Shown here: piece by piece, positions 34,218 to 43,771 of the stretch
Layout: each line of letters opens with the position of its first letter
How positions within the stretch are numbered: the stretch's first letter is position 1
Assembly: GCA_029058745.1 (NCBI GenBank)
Contig: JAIDXM010000049.1
Coordinates: forward strand, 109,069-173,068
Source of the DNA: Muribaculaceae bacterium
GTDB taxonomy: Bacteria; Bacteroidota; Bacteroidia; Bacteroidales; Muribaculaceae
Direction of reading: 5' to 3'
Length of the DNA stretch: 64,000 nucleotides
Made by a program: the position numbers and the translations under genes
The notes under the pieces: generated by a model
Database searches by the model: none
Seen by the model: only the letters and a program-made list of their open reading frames with translations
What the model was told of the DNA's origin: nothing

Positions 34218-35542
34218 GAATAGTCATTGTCAATAAGAGTGATTCCACCGGAGGGGCGGCGGTTGTGAGCCGGCGGCTTATGGAGGCGCTTCGCGAAGCG
34301 GGCGCCGATGCCCGTATGCTCGTGGTGGAAAAGCTTACGGATTCCCCTTACGTGGAATTGGCCGCTTCGAAGCGGAAAGCTATGGTGCCGTTTCTTATGG
34401 AACGTCTGAAGATTTTCTTTCATCTGCGTTTTTCGCGCCGTAATCTCTTCAAGGTGGATACGGCTTCCGACGGGTTGCCCCTGTGGCGCCATCCCCTCGT
34501 GAAAGAAGCCGACGCGATTCTTCTCAACTGGGTAAATCAGGGTATGCTGTCGCTCAAGGGGGTGGGGAGGCTGCTGAGGCTTGGAAAACCTGTGGTCTGG
34601 ACCATGCACGACATGTGGTGCATGACAGGGATATGCCATCATGCCGACGCCTGCGAAGGATATGAGCGGGTGGGGCATATCTGTGGAGGATGTCCATTCC
34701 TGTCGAGGGTTTCCGGATCCGGTGATGGCTCCGGCGACATTTCGCATAAAGTGGCGATGAGGAAAAAAGAACTGTATGGCATGACGGAGCGTATGCGCTT
34801 TGTGGCAGTAAGCAACTGGCTTGCCGGCAGGGCACGCCGTAGTGTCCTTCTTGCACGACAGGAAGTGGAGGTTATCCCTAACGCGTTCCATATCTTTGGC
34901 TCAGAGGGGCGTGCCAGACACCCTAAGCGCGAAGGAGACAGGATACGGATTCTGTTTGGGGCGGCACGTCTTGACGACCCTATAAAAGGGCTTCCCACGC
35001 TTGTGGCTCTCACGCGACTTCTGCGCATCGAGTGCCCGGAGATTGCCGACAACATTGAGGTGGCCACGTATGGGGGGGTGAAGGACCCCGCGTCGCTGTC
35101 GGGATTCGGAGTCCGGCATGTCCATATGGGCGTGATAAAAGGGGAAGACTCAATCAGGAAGGTGTATGAAGAGTCAGACATCCTTGTGTCTGCGTCAAGT
35201 TATGAGACACTTCCCGGCACTCTTGTGGAGGCACAGGCATACGGTTGCATCCCGGTGGCGTTTCGTCGTGGCGGACAGGAAGACATAGTGGATCATCTCA
35301 CCACCGGTTATCTCGCTGAATTTCCGGCAGGCGATGGCATTGACGGGACGGATACCACCGAAGAGGCGGCAAGGAGCCTCATGAGAGGGGTGTTGTGGGC
35401 GGTGGCGCGAGTCATGGATGGCGAGGGGTATGGCGACATGGTGGGGATGATGAGGGAGAATGTCGAGAGGCGTTTCTCCGCCGGAGCCGTGGCACGCCGT
35501 TACCTTGAGATGCTTTCCTCCATGAAAGATCATACGCGCTGA
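34214..35542 (+). CDS. Glycosyltransferase (GT-B, family 4/group 1-like)
   Basis: 442 aa. The GTG start overlaps the folA stop (GTGA). C-terminal E-x7-E-like region YETLPGTLVEAQAYGCIPVA. Confidence 0.8.
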   Translation: MRIVIVNKSDSTGGAAVVSRRLMEALREAGADARMLVVEKLTDSPYVELAASKRKAMVPFLMERLKIFFHLRFSRRNLFKVDTASDGLPLWRHPLVKEADAILLNWVNQGMLSLKGVGRLLRLGKPVVWTMHDMWCMTGICHHADACEGYERVGHICGGCPFLSRVSGSGDGSGDISHKVAMRKKELYGMTERMRFVAVSNWLAGRARRSVLLARQEVEVIPNAFHIFGSEGRARHPKREGDRIRILFGAARLDDPIKGLPTLVALTRLLRIECPEIADNIEVATYGGVKDPASLSGFGVRHVHMGVIKGEDSIRKVYEESDILVSASSYETLPGTLVEAQAYGCIPVAFRRGGQEDIVDHLTTGYLAEFPAGDGIDGTDTTEEAARSLMRGVLWAVARVMDGEGYGDMVGMMRENVERRFSAGAVARRYLEMLSSMKDHTR

Positions 35543-35568
35543 AAATTTCGTGTATCGATTTAATTCAT

Positions 35569-35576
35569 TAACTTTG
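35569..35576 (+). promoter_or_regulatory. -7 box TAACTTTG
   Basis: Exact TAnnTTTG 20 nt upstream of the ATG at 35596. Confidence 0.4.
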
Positions 35577-35595
35577 CGCAATAAACCCTGTTCCT

Positions 35596-36516
35596 ATGCC
35601 ACGTGACCAGATAAGCCGTTATGTATGGATTGTGGATACGCTCACCCGTTATGGGCGACTCACAAGACAGCAACTCAACAATCTATGGATGCGCTCCCAG
35701 TTTTCAGAGGGAGAGCCGATGCCGGAACGCACGTTCTATCACTACCGCCGTGCCATAGAGGAGATTTTCCAGATAGACATAGCCTGCGACACCCGTGGCA
35801 ATTACTATATCGCCGGCGACAATTCGCGACAGAGCCGGGCATTCACCAACTGGATGCTTGATTCCTATGCCGTGAGCAATGCCATAAAGGGTGGGGACGC
35901 TCCTATGGACCGTGTTGATATCGAGGATGTGCCGTCGGCGCGTGAGTTCCTCCCCACGGTGCTCGACGCGATACGCAACAGCCATAAGATTGTGTTCACG
36001 TATGCCGGATTCAACCGTTCGCGGGCGGAGAAGGATATAAGATATGAGCCATATTTCCTGAAACGCTATAAGCAACGGTGGTATATGATAGGGCTGAAGG
36101 AGAAAGGGAACGGGATACGCACCTATGCGCTTGACCGCGTCAAGGAGATGAAGATACTTGACGAACCGTTTGTCAAGCCGGAGCATATCGAGCTTGACGA
36201 CCTTTTCGGCAACATCGTCGGAGTCACCACCTCGAAGGCCGATGTCAGGACCGTACGCCTCCAGGCCACCCCGACTCAAGCCAAGTATTTCCGTGCCCTC
36301 CCTCTGCATTCGAGTCAGGAAGAGACGATACATGACCTTTATTCGGTGTTCACCTATCGGCTGAAGCTCAATTATGAGCTCGCCCATGAGATTATGGGAT
36401 TCGGTGGCGCGGTGAAGGTGCTTGACCCTCCCGAACTCAGGGCAATGGTGGTGACAGAGCTGAGGCAGACCCTGCAGCAGTATGACGGCGGAGAGGTGAA
36501 GAGGGATTTTATATGA
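35596..36516 (+). CDS. WYL-domain putative transcriptional regulator (paralog 2)
   Basis: 306 aa. SRYVWIVDTL N-terminus and WYL-like KQRWYMIGLKEKGNGIRTYALDRV. Confidence 0.65.
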   Translation: MPRDQISRYVWIVDTLTRYGRLTRQQLNNLWMRSQFSEGEPMPERTFYHYRRAIEEIFQIDIACDTRGNYYIAGDNSRQSRAFTNWMLDSYAVSNAIKGGDAPMDRVDIEDVPSAREFLPTVLDAIRNSHKIVFTYAGFNRSRAEKDIRYEPYFLKRYKQRWYMIGLKEKGNGIRTYALDRVKEMKILDEPFVKPEHIELDDLFGNIVGVTTSKADVRTVRLQATPTQAKYFRALPLHSSQEETIHDLYSVFTYRLKLNYELAHEIMGFGGAVKVLDPPELRAMVVTELRQTLQQYDGGEVKRDFI

Positions 36517-36538
36517 AACGCAAAAAAACTATGTCCGG

Positions 36539-37621
36539 ATGGGGGATAAAGAAATGAAAGATATCGCAACAGGACGCGCCGCCGAGTTGCTTCGGCGGCA
36601 TTCCATATCCACGGAGGCTACGGTGCGTGATGCCCTTGTGGCACTCAACTCCCTGTCGGGAGAGTCGATGACATTGTTTGCCGTCGATGCCGACGGCATG
36701 CTCGCCGGGACAGTGACAGACGGCGATATCCGCAGGGCCTTGATTGGCGGGTGTTCGCTTGGCGACAAGGTGAGCATGGCTATGCATCCCGATTATCTTG
36801 CGGCAGTACCCGGCGACAACCTGTGTCTCTCCGTCGCGGAAGGGAGACGCCGCAGGATTGACCTTCTCCCGGTGATGGAAGGCCGGCGGATTGTCGGGAT
36901 GCTCGACCTCCGCAAGATGAAGACCAAGCTTCCCATCGACGCCGTTCTGATGGCGGGAGGGAGAGGCGAGAGGCTCAGGCCATTGACCGATAACGTCCCG
37001 AAACCATTGTTGCCGGTTGGTGGAAAACCGATTATCGACTATAATGTGGATGAGCTTGAGGCATGTGGCGTGGAGCGGATATTCGTCACTGTGAATTATC
37101 TGGCCGACTGTATAGAGAGCCATTTCAGCCACAGGGAGGGGAATGCGTCCGTGACATGCGTCAGGGAGCCGAAGCGTCTCGGCACCATTGGAAGCCTCGC
37201 CCTGATTGACGGTATTGAGAGCGACAATGTGCTTGTGATGAATTCCGACCTTCTCACTACCATAGATTTCGAGGCTCTCTATATGCAGCACGTAAGGGAG
37301 GGGTCTGACATCACTGTGGCGGCGGTGCCTTACAATGTGTCGGTGCCATATGCGCTTATGCGCATGGACGGCGGGAAGGTGAAAGGCCTTGATGAGAAAC
37401 CTACCTACAACTATTTTGCCAACGCAGGCGTTTATCTGATGAGAAGGTGTCTGCTGTCGCGGCTGAAGAGAGGGGAGTATCTTGACGCTCCCGATTTCAT
37501 ATCGTCAGTGATAGCGGATGGCGGCGACGTGGGTTGCTACCCGATAGAGGGAACCTGGATTGACATCGGTTCCCATGACGACTACCGGTATGCCAACGAA
37601 CTTATGAACCGTTGGAAATGA
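36539..37621 (+). CDS. Sugar-phosphate nucleotidyltransferase with N-terminal CBS pair
   Basis: 360 aa. CBS-like N-terminal about 120 aa, then LMAGGRGERLRPLTDNVPKPLLPVGGKPII (the GxGxRL signature). Confidence 0.8.
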   Translation: MGDKEMKDIATGRAAELLRRHSISTEATVRDALVALNSLSGESMTLFAVDADGMLAGTVTDGDIRRALIGGCSLGDKVSMAMHPDYLAAVPGDNLCLSVAEGRRRRIDLLPVMEGRRIVGMLDLRKMKTKLPIDAVLMAGGRGERLRPLTDNVPKPLLPVGGKPIIDYNVDELEACGVERIFVTVNYLADCIESHFSHREGNASVTCVREPKRLGTIGSLALIDGIESDNVLVMNSDLLTTIDFEALYMQHVREGSDITVAAVPYNVSVPYALMRMDGGKVKGLDEKPTYNYFANAGVYLMRRCLLSRLKRGEYLDAPDFISSVIADGGDVGCYPIEGTWIDIGSHDDYRYANELMNRWK

Positions 37622-37716
37622 ACCGTGACGTGAATTTAACCCGACAGGATTAGACCTGAGTCGGGACATCTGTTTTTTAAGATGCTTAACAAATAGAATA
37701 ACCCAGAAGAAAGACT

Positions 37717-38883
37717 ATGGCTGAATCAAACTTCATAGATTATGTAAAGATACTCTGCCGCTCCGGAAAAGGAGGGGCGGGAAGCCGCCATTTCCATAGG
37801 GCCAAATATGTACCCAAGGGAGGCCCTGACGGGGGTGACGGTGGCCGTGGAGGCCATATAATACTGAGAGGAAACCGTCATATGTGGACTCTTCTTCCGC
37901 TTCGCTATCAGCGTCATGTCTTCGCTACAGACGGAGAGAGCGGCGGCGCCGGGCGTTCGTTCGGGAAGGATGGAGAGGACAGGATTATTGAGGTGCCCGT
38001 GGGTACGGCTGTCTTCGATGCCGACACTGGCGCGTTCCTGTGTGAAATTACGAAAGACTGCGAGGAGGTGAAGCTTCTGCGCGGAGGGAAAGGAGGACTT
38101 GGCAACTGGCATTTCGCCACTTCCACCAACCGTGCTCCGCGTTACGCTCAACCGGGTCAGCCTGCAATCGAGAAGGCGGTGGTGCTTGAACTCAAGCTCC
38201 TCGGTGATGTGGGTCTCGTGGGATTCCCCAACGCCGGCAAGTCAACGCTTCTGTCGGCCATATCGGCCGCCAAGCCGAAAATCGGCGACTATCCATTCAC
38301 CACTATGGAGCCAAGTCTTGGAATCGTCAACTACCGTGGCGACAAGTCTTTTGTCATGGCAGACATACCTGGAATCATCGAAGGAGCCAGTGAAGGGAAG
38401 GGACTCGGACTCCGTTTTCTTCGCCATATAGAGCGCAATGCGGTGTTGCTGTTCCTTATTCCGGCCGACAGCGACGATATAAAGCGGGACTATAAGATAC
38501 TTCTCAATGAGCTTACGGAATTCAATCCTGAACTCGCCGACAAGAGCCGTGTGCTTGCCATCTCCAAGTCGGACATGCTCGATGACGAGCTTCGCGAGGA
38601 GATGTCGGCCGAATTGCCGGAGGGTGTGCCTTCGGTGTTCATATCGGCTGTCACAGGGCAGGGGCTCACGGAGCTGAAAGACCTTCTGTGGCGCGAGATT
38701 AATTCAGAGGAGAACCAGGTGAAACAGACGATGACCCACCGCGACCTCGACGTGCGTCATCGTGTGGAGGAGGAAGATGAGTTCATATTCCATCAGGACG
38801 ACGATGAACAGGAACTTCCGGAGATGACCGACCAGGACTGGGAGGACGAGTTCTGGGACGAGGAAGACAGCGTCAACAACTGA
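37717..38883 (+). CDS. obg: GTPase Obg/CgtA
   Basis: 388 aa. Gly-rich Obg fold ([12 protein letters not shown]), G1 [10 protein letters not shown]3 DIPGII, and an acidic C-terminal tail. Confidence 0.95.
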   Translation: MAESNFIDYVKILCRSGKGGAGSRHFHRAKYVPKGGPDGGDGGRGGHIILRGNRHMWTLLPLRYQRHVFATDGESGGAGRSFGKDGEDRIIEVPVGTAVFDADTGAFLCEITKDCEEVKLLRGGKGGLGNWHFATSTNRAPRYAQPGQPAIEKAVVLELKLLGDVGLVGFPNAGKSTLLSAISAAKPKIGDYPFTTMEPSLGIVNYRGDKSFVMADIPGIIEGASEGKGLGLRFLRHIERNAVLLFLIPADSDDIKRDYKILLNELTEFNPELADKSRVLAISKSDMLDDELREEMSAELPEGVPSVFISAVTGQGLTELKDLLWREINSEENQVKQTMTHRDLDVRHRVEEEDEFIFHQDDDEQELPEMTDQDWEDEFWDEEDSVNN

Positions 38884-38896
38884 CCGGCACCGACAT

Positions 38897-39748
38897 ATGA
38901 CTGAACAGAAAAAAGATACGTCAATACACGGGAATCCTATGGAAATCGACCTCCATAGGATTCTGCGTGAAAGATTGCCGGAGAAGTATGGGAGGGTTAT
39001 CCCTGGATTTGTTATTTCGTTGCTGGAGAGGATTATACACCAGAAGGAACTGAATGAGATGCTTCGTGTGGGATGGCCGGCGCGAGGGTCTGAGTTCGCA
39101 ACACGCATCCTTGATTATCTCGGGGTGACGCTGGATGTGGAAGGGCTTGACAGGCTTCCTGACAGGCGACTGATGTTTGCCGGCAATCATCCGTTGGGAG
39201 GGCTTGACGGGATAGCCTTGATTTCTGTGCTCGGGAGAAAGTATGGCGACGAGTGGGTGCGTTTCCTGGTCAACGATATGCTTATGAATGTGGAGCCATT
39301 GCGCGATGTTTTCCTGCCGGTCAACAAGTATGGAAGCCAAGGCCGGGCCGCGGCTTTGGCCATCAATGAGGCCCTCGCCTCCGGGAAGCAGATTTTCCAG
39401 TTTCCGGCCGGACTTGTGTCGCGCCTTCACGACGACGGTAAAGTGGCCGACCTCGAATGGCAGAAAGCGTTCGTGGCCAAGGCAATAGAATATGAACGAG
39501 ACATTGTGCCGGTAAGGTTTGAGGCGCTTAACAGGATGCGTTTCTATCGTCTTGCTCGATTGCGTAAGAAAGCCGGGATTAAAGTGAATGTCGAGCAGGT
39601 GATGCTTCCGGCGGAGGTGTGTGCCTGTCGCGACCGCCGCTTCCGCATAGTGTTTGGTTCCCCTGTTGGTTGGCGAGACTTGCGCGATTCGGGGGAATCC
39701 CCGCAGAGGCTGGCTGCGCGTCTTCGTGAAGAGGTGTATTCCATATGA
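38897..39748 (+). CDS. PlsC-family lysophospholipid/lipid acyltransferase
   Basis: 283 aa. Acyltransferase motifs GNHPLGGLDG and FPAGLVSR. Substrate not assignable. Confidence 0.7.
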   Translation: MTEQKKDTSIHGNPMEIDLHRILRERLPEKYGRVIPGFVISLLERIIHQKELNEMLRVGWPARGSEFATRILDYLGVTLDVEGLDRLPDRRLMFAGNHPLGGLDGIALISVLGRKYGDEWVRFLVNDMLMNVEPLRDVFLPVNKYGSQGRAAALAINEALASGKQIFQFPAGLVSRLHDDGKVADLEWQKAFVAKAIEYERDIVPVRFEALNRMRFYRLARLRKKAGIKVNVEQVMLPAEVCACRDRRFRIVFGSPVGWRDLRDSGESPQRLAARLREEVYSI

Positions 39749-39886
39749 CGCTGAGGGGTATCAGCCGCAGGTGGTGTGAGATAGTGTCGGGTGTGGTAAA
39801 AAAGTATGTTAAAACTACTGCACTCTCGCTATTTATGATTAATTTTGTGGATTGAAAAATAAAAAAAACAACAATAACGGAAAGAA

Positions 39887-41983
39887 ATGGATAAAAATAC
39901 CGTCATCGGATTGCTGCTAATGGCGGCAGTGTTTTTCGGTTTTATGTGGCTTTCTCCCAAAAAGGCCCCTTCTGAGGCTCCTGACGCGACAGAGTCGGTG
40001 TCATCATCGGCCATGTCAGCTTCGGGTATAGACTCGTTGAGTGCGACCGAGAAGGAGTGGCTCGTCAAGAATATAATGGAACACGGGGAGGCGGTAGTGC
40101 TCTCCGACAGCACCCGCGCCTCAAGACTTAACGACGGGGCCATCAGCCTGACGGCTGTGGGTGATTCTGTTGTCGGGACTGTCACTGTGGATGGCGTGTC
40201 CCTGAACTGGCGCGATGTGCAGCGTGCGGATATGAAGAAGATGACGGTGCAGCAGCAGCGCAAGGCTGTGGAGGCAGTGAGAAACGCTTCTCTTTCCATG
40301 GGACGTTATGGGAAATTCTCCCGCTTCCTTTCCGGCTCCGACAGTGTGGTGCGCATAGAGAATGATGTCCTGAAACTTGAGCTCAGCGCGAAGTCAGGGT
40401 CCATAACCCGTGCGGAGCTTAAGAAATATGACACGGAATATACCCCCGATGAGAGTAAGGAACGTAAGGAAAAGGTGGTGATTTTCGGCGATGGCACCAA
40501 CACTTTCGATTTTGAGTTGCCCCTTCCGCAGGCTGTCAATACCTCCGACCTTTATTTCACCCCCACCGTGGTAAATGACTCCACGGTGCTCATGTCGTTG
40601 CCTTTAGGCGATGGTGCCTATTGGGGCATCGAATACACTCTTCCACGCGGCGACAGCTATGTGGTGGGGATGCGTGTGGTGCAGAAAAACCTTTCAGGAG
40701 TCATCGAGAGCAACAACCGTAACCTGGGCATCAACTGGAGCCAGAAACTGATGCGACAGGAGAAGGGGAAGATGTTTGAGGAGCGTAATTCCGCCCTCTA
40801 TTACAAATATGCCGGTGGTTCTGTGGAGAATCTTTCCGAGAGCAAGAACGACAGCGAGGAACGTAAGGCTAAAATCCGCTGGATAGGGTTCAAGAACCAG
40901 TTCTTCTCTACCGTGCTTGTCTCCGAGCGTCCGTTCAATACCGCCGATTTCAAGTCGTCTGTTCTCAAGAATGAGCCTTATTTTCTCAAGAATTTCAATA
41001 CCCGCGCAGTGGTCAACGACTATGACTGGAGCAAGGAGGAGGCCGCCCGGTTCTCACTCTTCATCGGCCCGAATCTGTATCCGCTCCTGTCGTCGCTCGA
41101 CCGTCAGACCGTCTCAGACGAGGATCTCAGCCTCACGCGCCTCATTCCGCTCGGATGGTCGGTGTTCCGATGGATTAATACCGGAATTATCATCCCGATA
41201 TTCAACTTCCTTGGCTCGTTTATATCAAACTATGGTATAATCATACTGATTATGACCATCTTCATAAAGCTCGTGCTGTTCCCGCTCACCTATAAGAGCT
41301 ACAAGAGCCAGGCCAAGATGAGGATTCTTGCCCCGGACATCAAGGAAATCAATGAGAAGTATCCCGGCAATGAGAATGCCATGATTCGTCAGCAGAAGAC
41401 AATGGCCCTCTACAGCAAGGCCGGCGCGAATCCCATGTCAGGCTGTCTGCCGATGCTTCTCCAGATGCCCATCCTGTTCGCCATGTTCTCGTTCTTCCCG
41501 TCGGCCATAGAGCTTCGCGGCGAGAGCTTCCTGTGGGCCAAGGACCTCGCGGCACCTGACGCCATCATCTCCTGGAGCGGCAACATACCTCTTGTGACGG
41601 AGTATTTCGGCAACCACATCTCGCTGTTCTGTCTCCTGATGACTGTCACCAACATCCTCTACACCCGGGTCAACATGCAGAATTCACCCGGCCAGATGCC
41701 CGGCATGAAGTGGATGATGTATCTGATGCCGGTGTTCTTCATGATTTTCTTCAACAATTACGCCGCCGGCCTGTCATACTATTATTTCCTGTCGCTCCTC
41801 ATCACCATAGCACAGACCTATGCGTTCCGATTCATCATCAAGGAGGAAGACGTGAGACGCACCATGGCTGAGAATGCCAAGAAGCCCAAGAAGAAGAGTG
41901 GTTTCATGGCACGCCTCGAAGAGATGCAGAAGCAACAGCAGGCCATGCTCCGCGAGCAGCAGAAACAGCAGCGGAAGAGGTGA
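39887..41983 (+). CDS. yidC: Membrane protein insertase YidC (long Bacteroidota form)
   Basis: 698 aa. N-terminal TM, large periplasmic domain, C-terminal 5-TM core (KMRILAPDIKEINEKYPGN ... GCLPMLLQMPILFAMF), and a basic tail. Confidence 0.9.
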   Translation: MDKNTVIGLLLMAAVFFGFMWLSPKKAPSEAPDATESVSSSAMSASGIDSLSATEKEWLVKNIMEHGEAVVLSDSTRASRLNDGAISLTAVGDSVVGTVTVDGVSLNWRDVQRADMKKMTVQQQRKAVEAVRNASLSMGRYGKFSRFLSGSDSVVRIENDVLKLELSAKSGSITRAELKKYDTEYTPDESKERKEKVVIFGDGTNTFDFELPLPQAVNTSDLYFTPTVVNDSTVLMSLPLGDGAYWGIEYTLPRGDSYVVGMRVVQKNLSGVIESNNRNLGINWSQKLMRQEKGKMFEERNSALYYKYAGGSVENLSESKNDSEERKAKIRWIGFKNQFFSTVLVSERPFNTADFKSSVLKNEPYFLKNFNTRAVVNDYDWSKEEAARFSLFIGPNLYPLLSSLDRQTVSDEDLSLTRLIPLGWSVFRWINTGIIIPIFNFLGSFISNYGIIILIMTIFIKLVLFPLTYKSYKSQAKMRILAPDIKEINEKYPGNENAMIRQQKTMALYSKAGANPMSGCLPMLLQMPILFAMFSFFPSAIELRGESFLWAKDLAAPDAIISWSGNIPLVTEYFGNHISLFCLLMTVTNILYTRVNMQNSPGQMPGMKWMMYLMPVFFMIFFNNYAAGLSYYYFLSLLITIAQTYAFRFIIKEEDVRRTMAENAKKPKKKSGFMARLEEMQKQQQAMLREQQKQQRKR

Positions 41984-41993
41984 GCTTACCCAT

Positions 41994-42818
41994 ATGAAAG
42001 GGCTCCGGACAATAAGGATAATCCTTGCCGCATCATTTTTTGTGGCGTCGGTGGCTTATCTTGTGATAAGTCCCGTGGGAATCCGCGCTGTCCGTGTGGC
42101 GGCCAACGCCCAGATTGTCCCTTCGGCGATAGCCACCGCCATGGGGTCTATACTTTTCTGGCTGATTGTGTCTTTCCTTTTGGGAAGGGTGTATTGTTCC
42201 ACCGTGTGTCCTATAGGGACATTGCAGGATATTTTCATACGCGGACGCCGTCTGATACGTCGGTTCAATGTCCCGTTCACATACAAGCGCCCTACGCAGG
42301 TGCGCTATCACGTGCTCGCCATCTACCTTGTGTGCCTTGTGGCCGGGGTGATGGCGGTGCCGTATTGGCTCGAACCTTGGAACATCATGCGCAACATCTG
42401 TTCCGTGGCCCGTCCGGATGCCGACGGCGCCACTTGGGTGACGCTCGGAATTGGCATGGGCGCCGGGGTGGCATCGGGGATAGTGTCGCTGCTCCTTCTG
42501 GCGTTGTGCTCCCTATTCACCGGTCGCGGATTCTGCACCGACATATGCCCGATAGGCACCATCCTCGGATGTTTCCACGACTATACGCTTTTCCATATCG
42601 AGATAGACCCGGACAAGTGTGTCAGTTGCATGAAATGTGAGGAGGTCTGCAAATCGCAGTGCGTGAAGGTGGCGGGACGGTATGTCGATAACTCGCGGTG
42701 TGTGCGTTGTTTCGATTGCATCGGCGTGTGTCCCAACGATGCCATACGTTTTCAGATGAACCGCAACCGCAGAGGCACCCCGTTGCTCCGCAAAGTGGGG
42801 CGTGATGCGGCAAAATAA
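41994..42818 (+). CDS. Membrane-bound 4Fe-4S (polyferredoxin-like) protein
   Basis: Start trimmed to the ATG at 41994 (MKGLRTIRIILAASFF). Several TM helices. Cys motifs CSTVCPIG and CTDICPIG, plus the ferredoxin motifs CVSCMKCEEVC and CVRCFDCIGVCP. Confidence 0.75.
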   Translation: MKGLRTIRIILAASFFVASVAYLVISPVGIRAVRVAANAQIVPSAIATAMGSILFWLIVSFLLGRVYCSTVCPIGTLQDIFIRGRRLIRRFNVPFTYKRPTQVRYHVLAIYLVCLVAGVMAVPYWLEPWNIMRNICSVARPDADGATWVTLGIGMGAGVASGIVSLLLLALCSLFTGRGFCTDICPIGTILGCFHDYTLFHIEIDPDKCVSCMKCEEVCKSQCVKVAGRYVDNSRCVRCFDCIGVCPNDAIRFQMNRNRRGTPLLRKVGRDAAK

Positions 42819-42928
42819 CCTGCTTCAAAACCACTTCGGAAAGGGATTGTGTGGAATAAGATAAATAAAGCAAATAGTAACTGTGGTTTTATTAATAATT
42901 TTACCGAAAGAAACAAACAATACTGCTC

Positions 42929-43723
42929 ATGAAGCAATATCTCGACCTTTTAAGGCATATTTTGGAAAACGGACATGAGAAAGGCGACCGCACCGGCACC
43001 GGCACCATATCCACGTTCGGCTATCAGATGCGTTTCAACCTTGCAGACGGTTTCCCTCTTCTCACCACCAAGAAGGTGCATCTGAAGAGTGTGATATATG
43101 AGTTGCTGTGGTTTCTTGCCGGCGACACCAACGTGAAATATCTTCAGGACCATGGAGTGAGGATATGGAACGAATGGGCGGACCCTGACGGCAGTCTTGG
43201 GCATATCTATGGATTCCAATGGCGGTCATGGCCCGGATATGACGGTGGTTTTATCGACCAGATTTCAGAGGCTGTGCGCACCATAAAGGAGAATCCGGAT
43301 TCGCGACGTATCATCGTAAGCAGCTGGAATGTGGCTGATCTGGACAATATGAATCTTCCTCCGTGCCATTCTCTGTTCCAGTTCTATGTCAACGACGGAA
43401 AGCTTTCACTGCAGCTATATCAGCGCAGTGCCGACTCGTTTCTCGGAGTCCCTTTCAATATAGCGAGCTACGCCTTGCTCACGATGATGGTGGCTCAGGT
43501 GTGCGGTCTCAAGCCTGGAGAATTTATCCACACGCTTGGCGATGTGCATATCTATCTTAACCATCTTGAACAGGTGAGGACGCAGCTCGGACGAGAGCCA
43601 CGGACTTTGCCGGTGATGAGGCTTAACCCGGAAGTCACCGACCTCTTTAAGTTCCGTTATGAGGATTTCACGCTTGAGGGTTATGATCCATGGCCTGCCA
43701 TCAAAGGGACGGTGAGCGTATGA
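42929..43723 (+). CDS. thyA: Thymidylate synthase
   Basis: 264 aa with DRTGTGT and the active-site [12 protein letters not shown]. Confidence 0.95.
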   Translation: MKQYLDLLRHILENGHEKGDRTGTGTISTFGYQMRFNLADGFPLLTTKKVHLKSVIYELLWFLAGDTNVKYLQDHGVRIWNEWADPDGSLGHIYGFQWRSWPGYDGGFIDQISEAVRTIKENPDSRRIIVSSWNVADLDNMNLPPCHSLFQFYVNDGKLSLQLYQRSADSFLGVPFNIASYALLTMMVAQVCGLKPGEFIHTLGDVHIYLNHLEQVRTQLGREPRTLPVMRLNPEVTDLFKFRYEDFTLEGYDPWPAIKGTVSV

Positions 43724-43771
43724 GGAAAGAATGATTAATTAAATATAAATGGTTTAAAATCTTAAAACTGA

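Noticed and set aside
34193-34891. Long antisense/alternate-frame ORFs inside well-supported genes: 34193-34891, 36509-37291, 35704-36387, 44060-44959, 51751-52821, 50747-51472, 49879-50541, 62280-63122, 31588-32331, 29036-29836, 27331-28068, 24792-25433, 1244-1846, 2617-3159 and 46662-47252
   Set aside because: Each lies wholly within, or largely overlaps, a gene with clear family motifs on the other strand or frame. Their translations are low-complexity, Arg/His/Pro-rich and motif-free, as expected for shadow ORFs in GC-rich coding DNA.
41874-41993. N-terminal extensions offered by the ORF track: 41874 for the 4Fe-4S protein, 33606 for folA, 20555 for Trx-D, 59049 for MACPF, 29151 for the lipoprotein, 47923 for thrA and 11074 for propeller A
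   Set aside because: The extensions overlap the preceding gene or a promoter box, or start at TTG, and add Arg/Ser-rich sequence in front of an obvious signal peptide or conserved N-terminus. Downstream ATGs were chosen instead.
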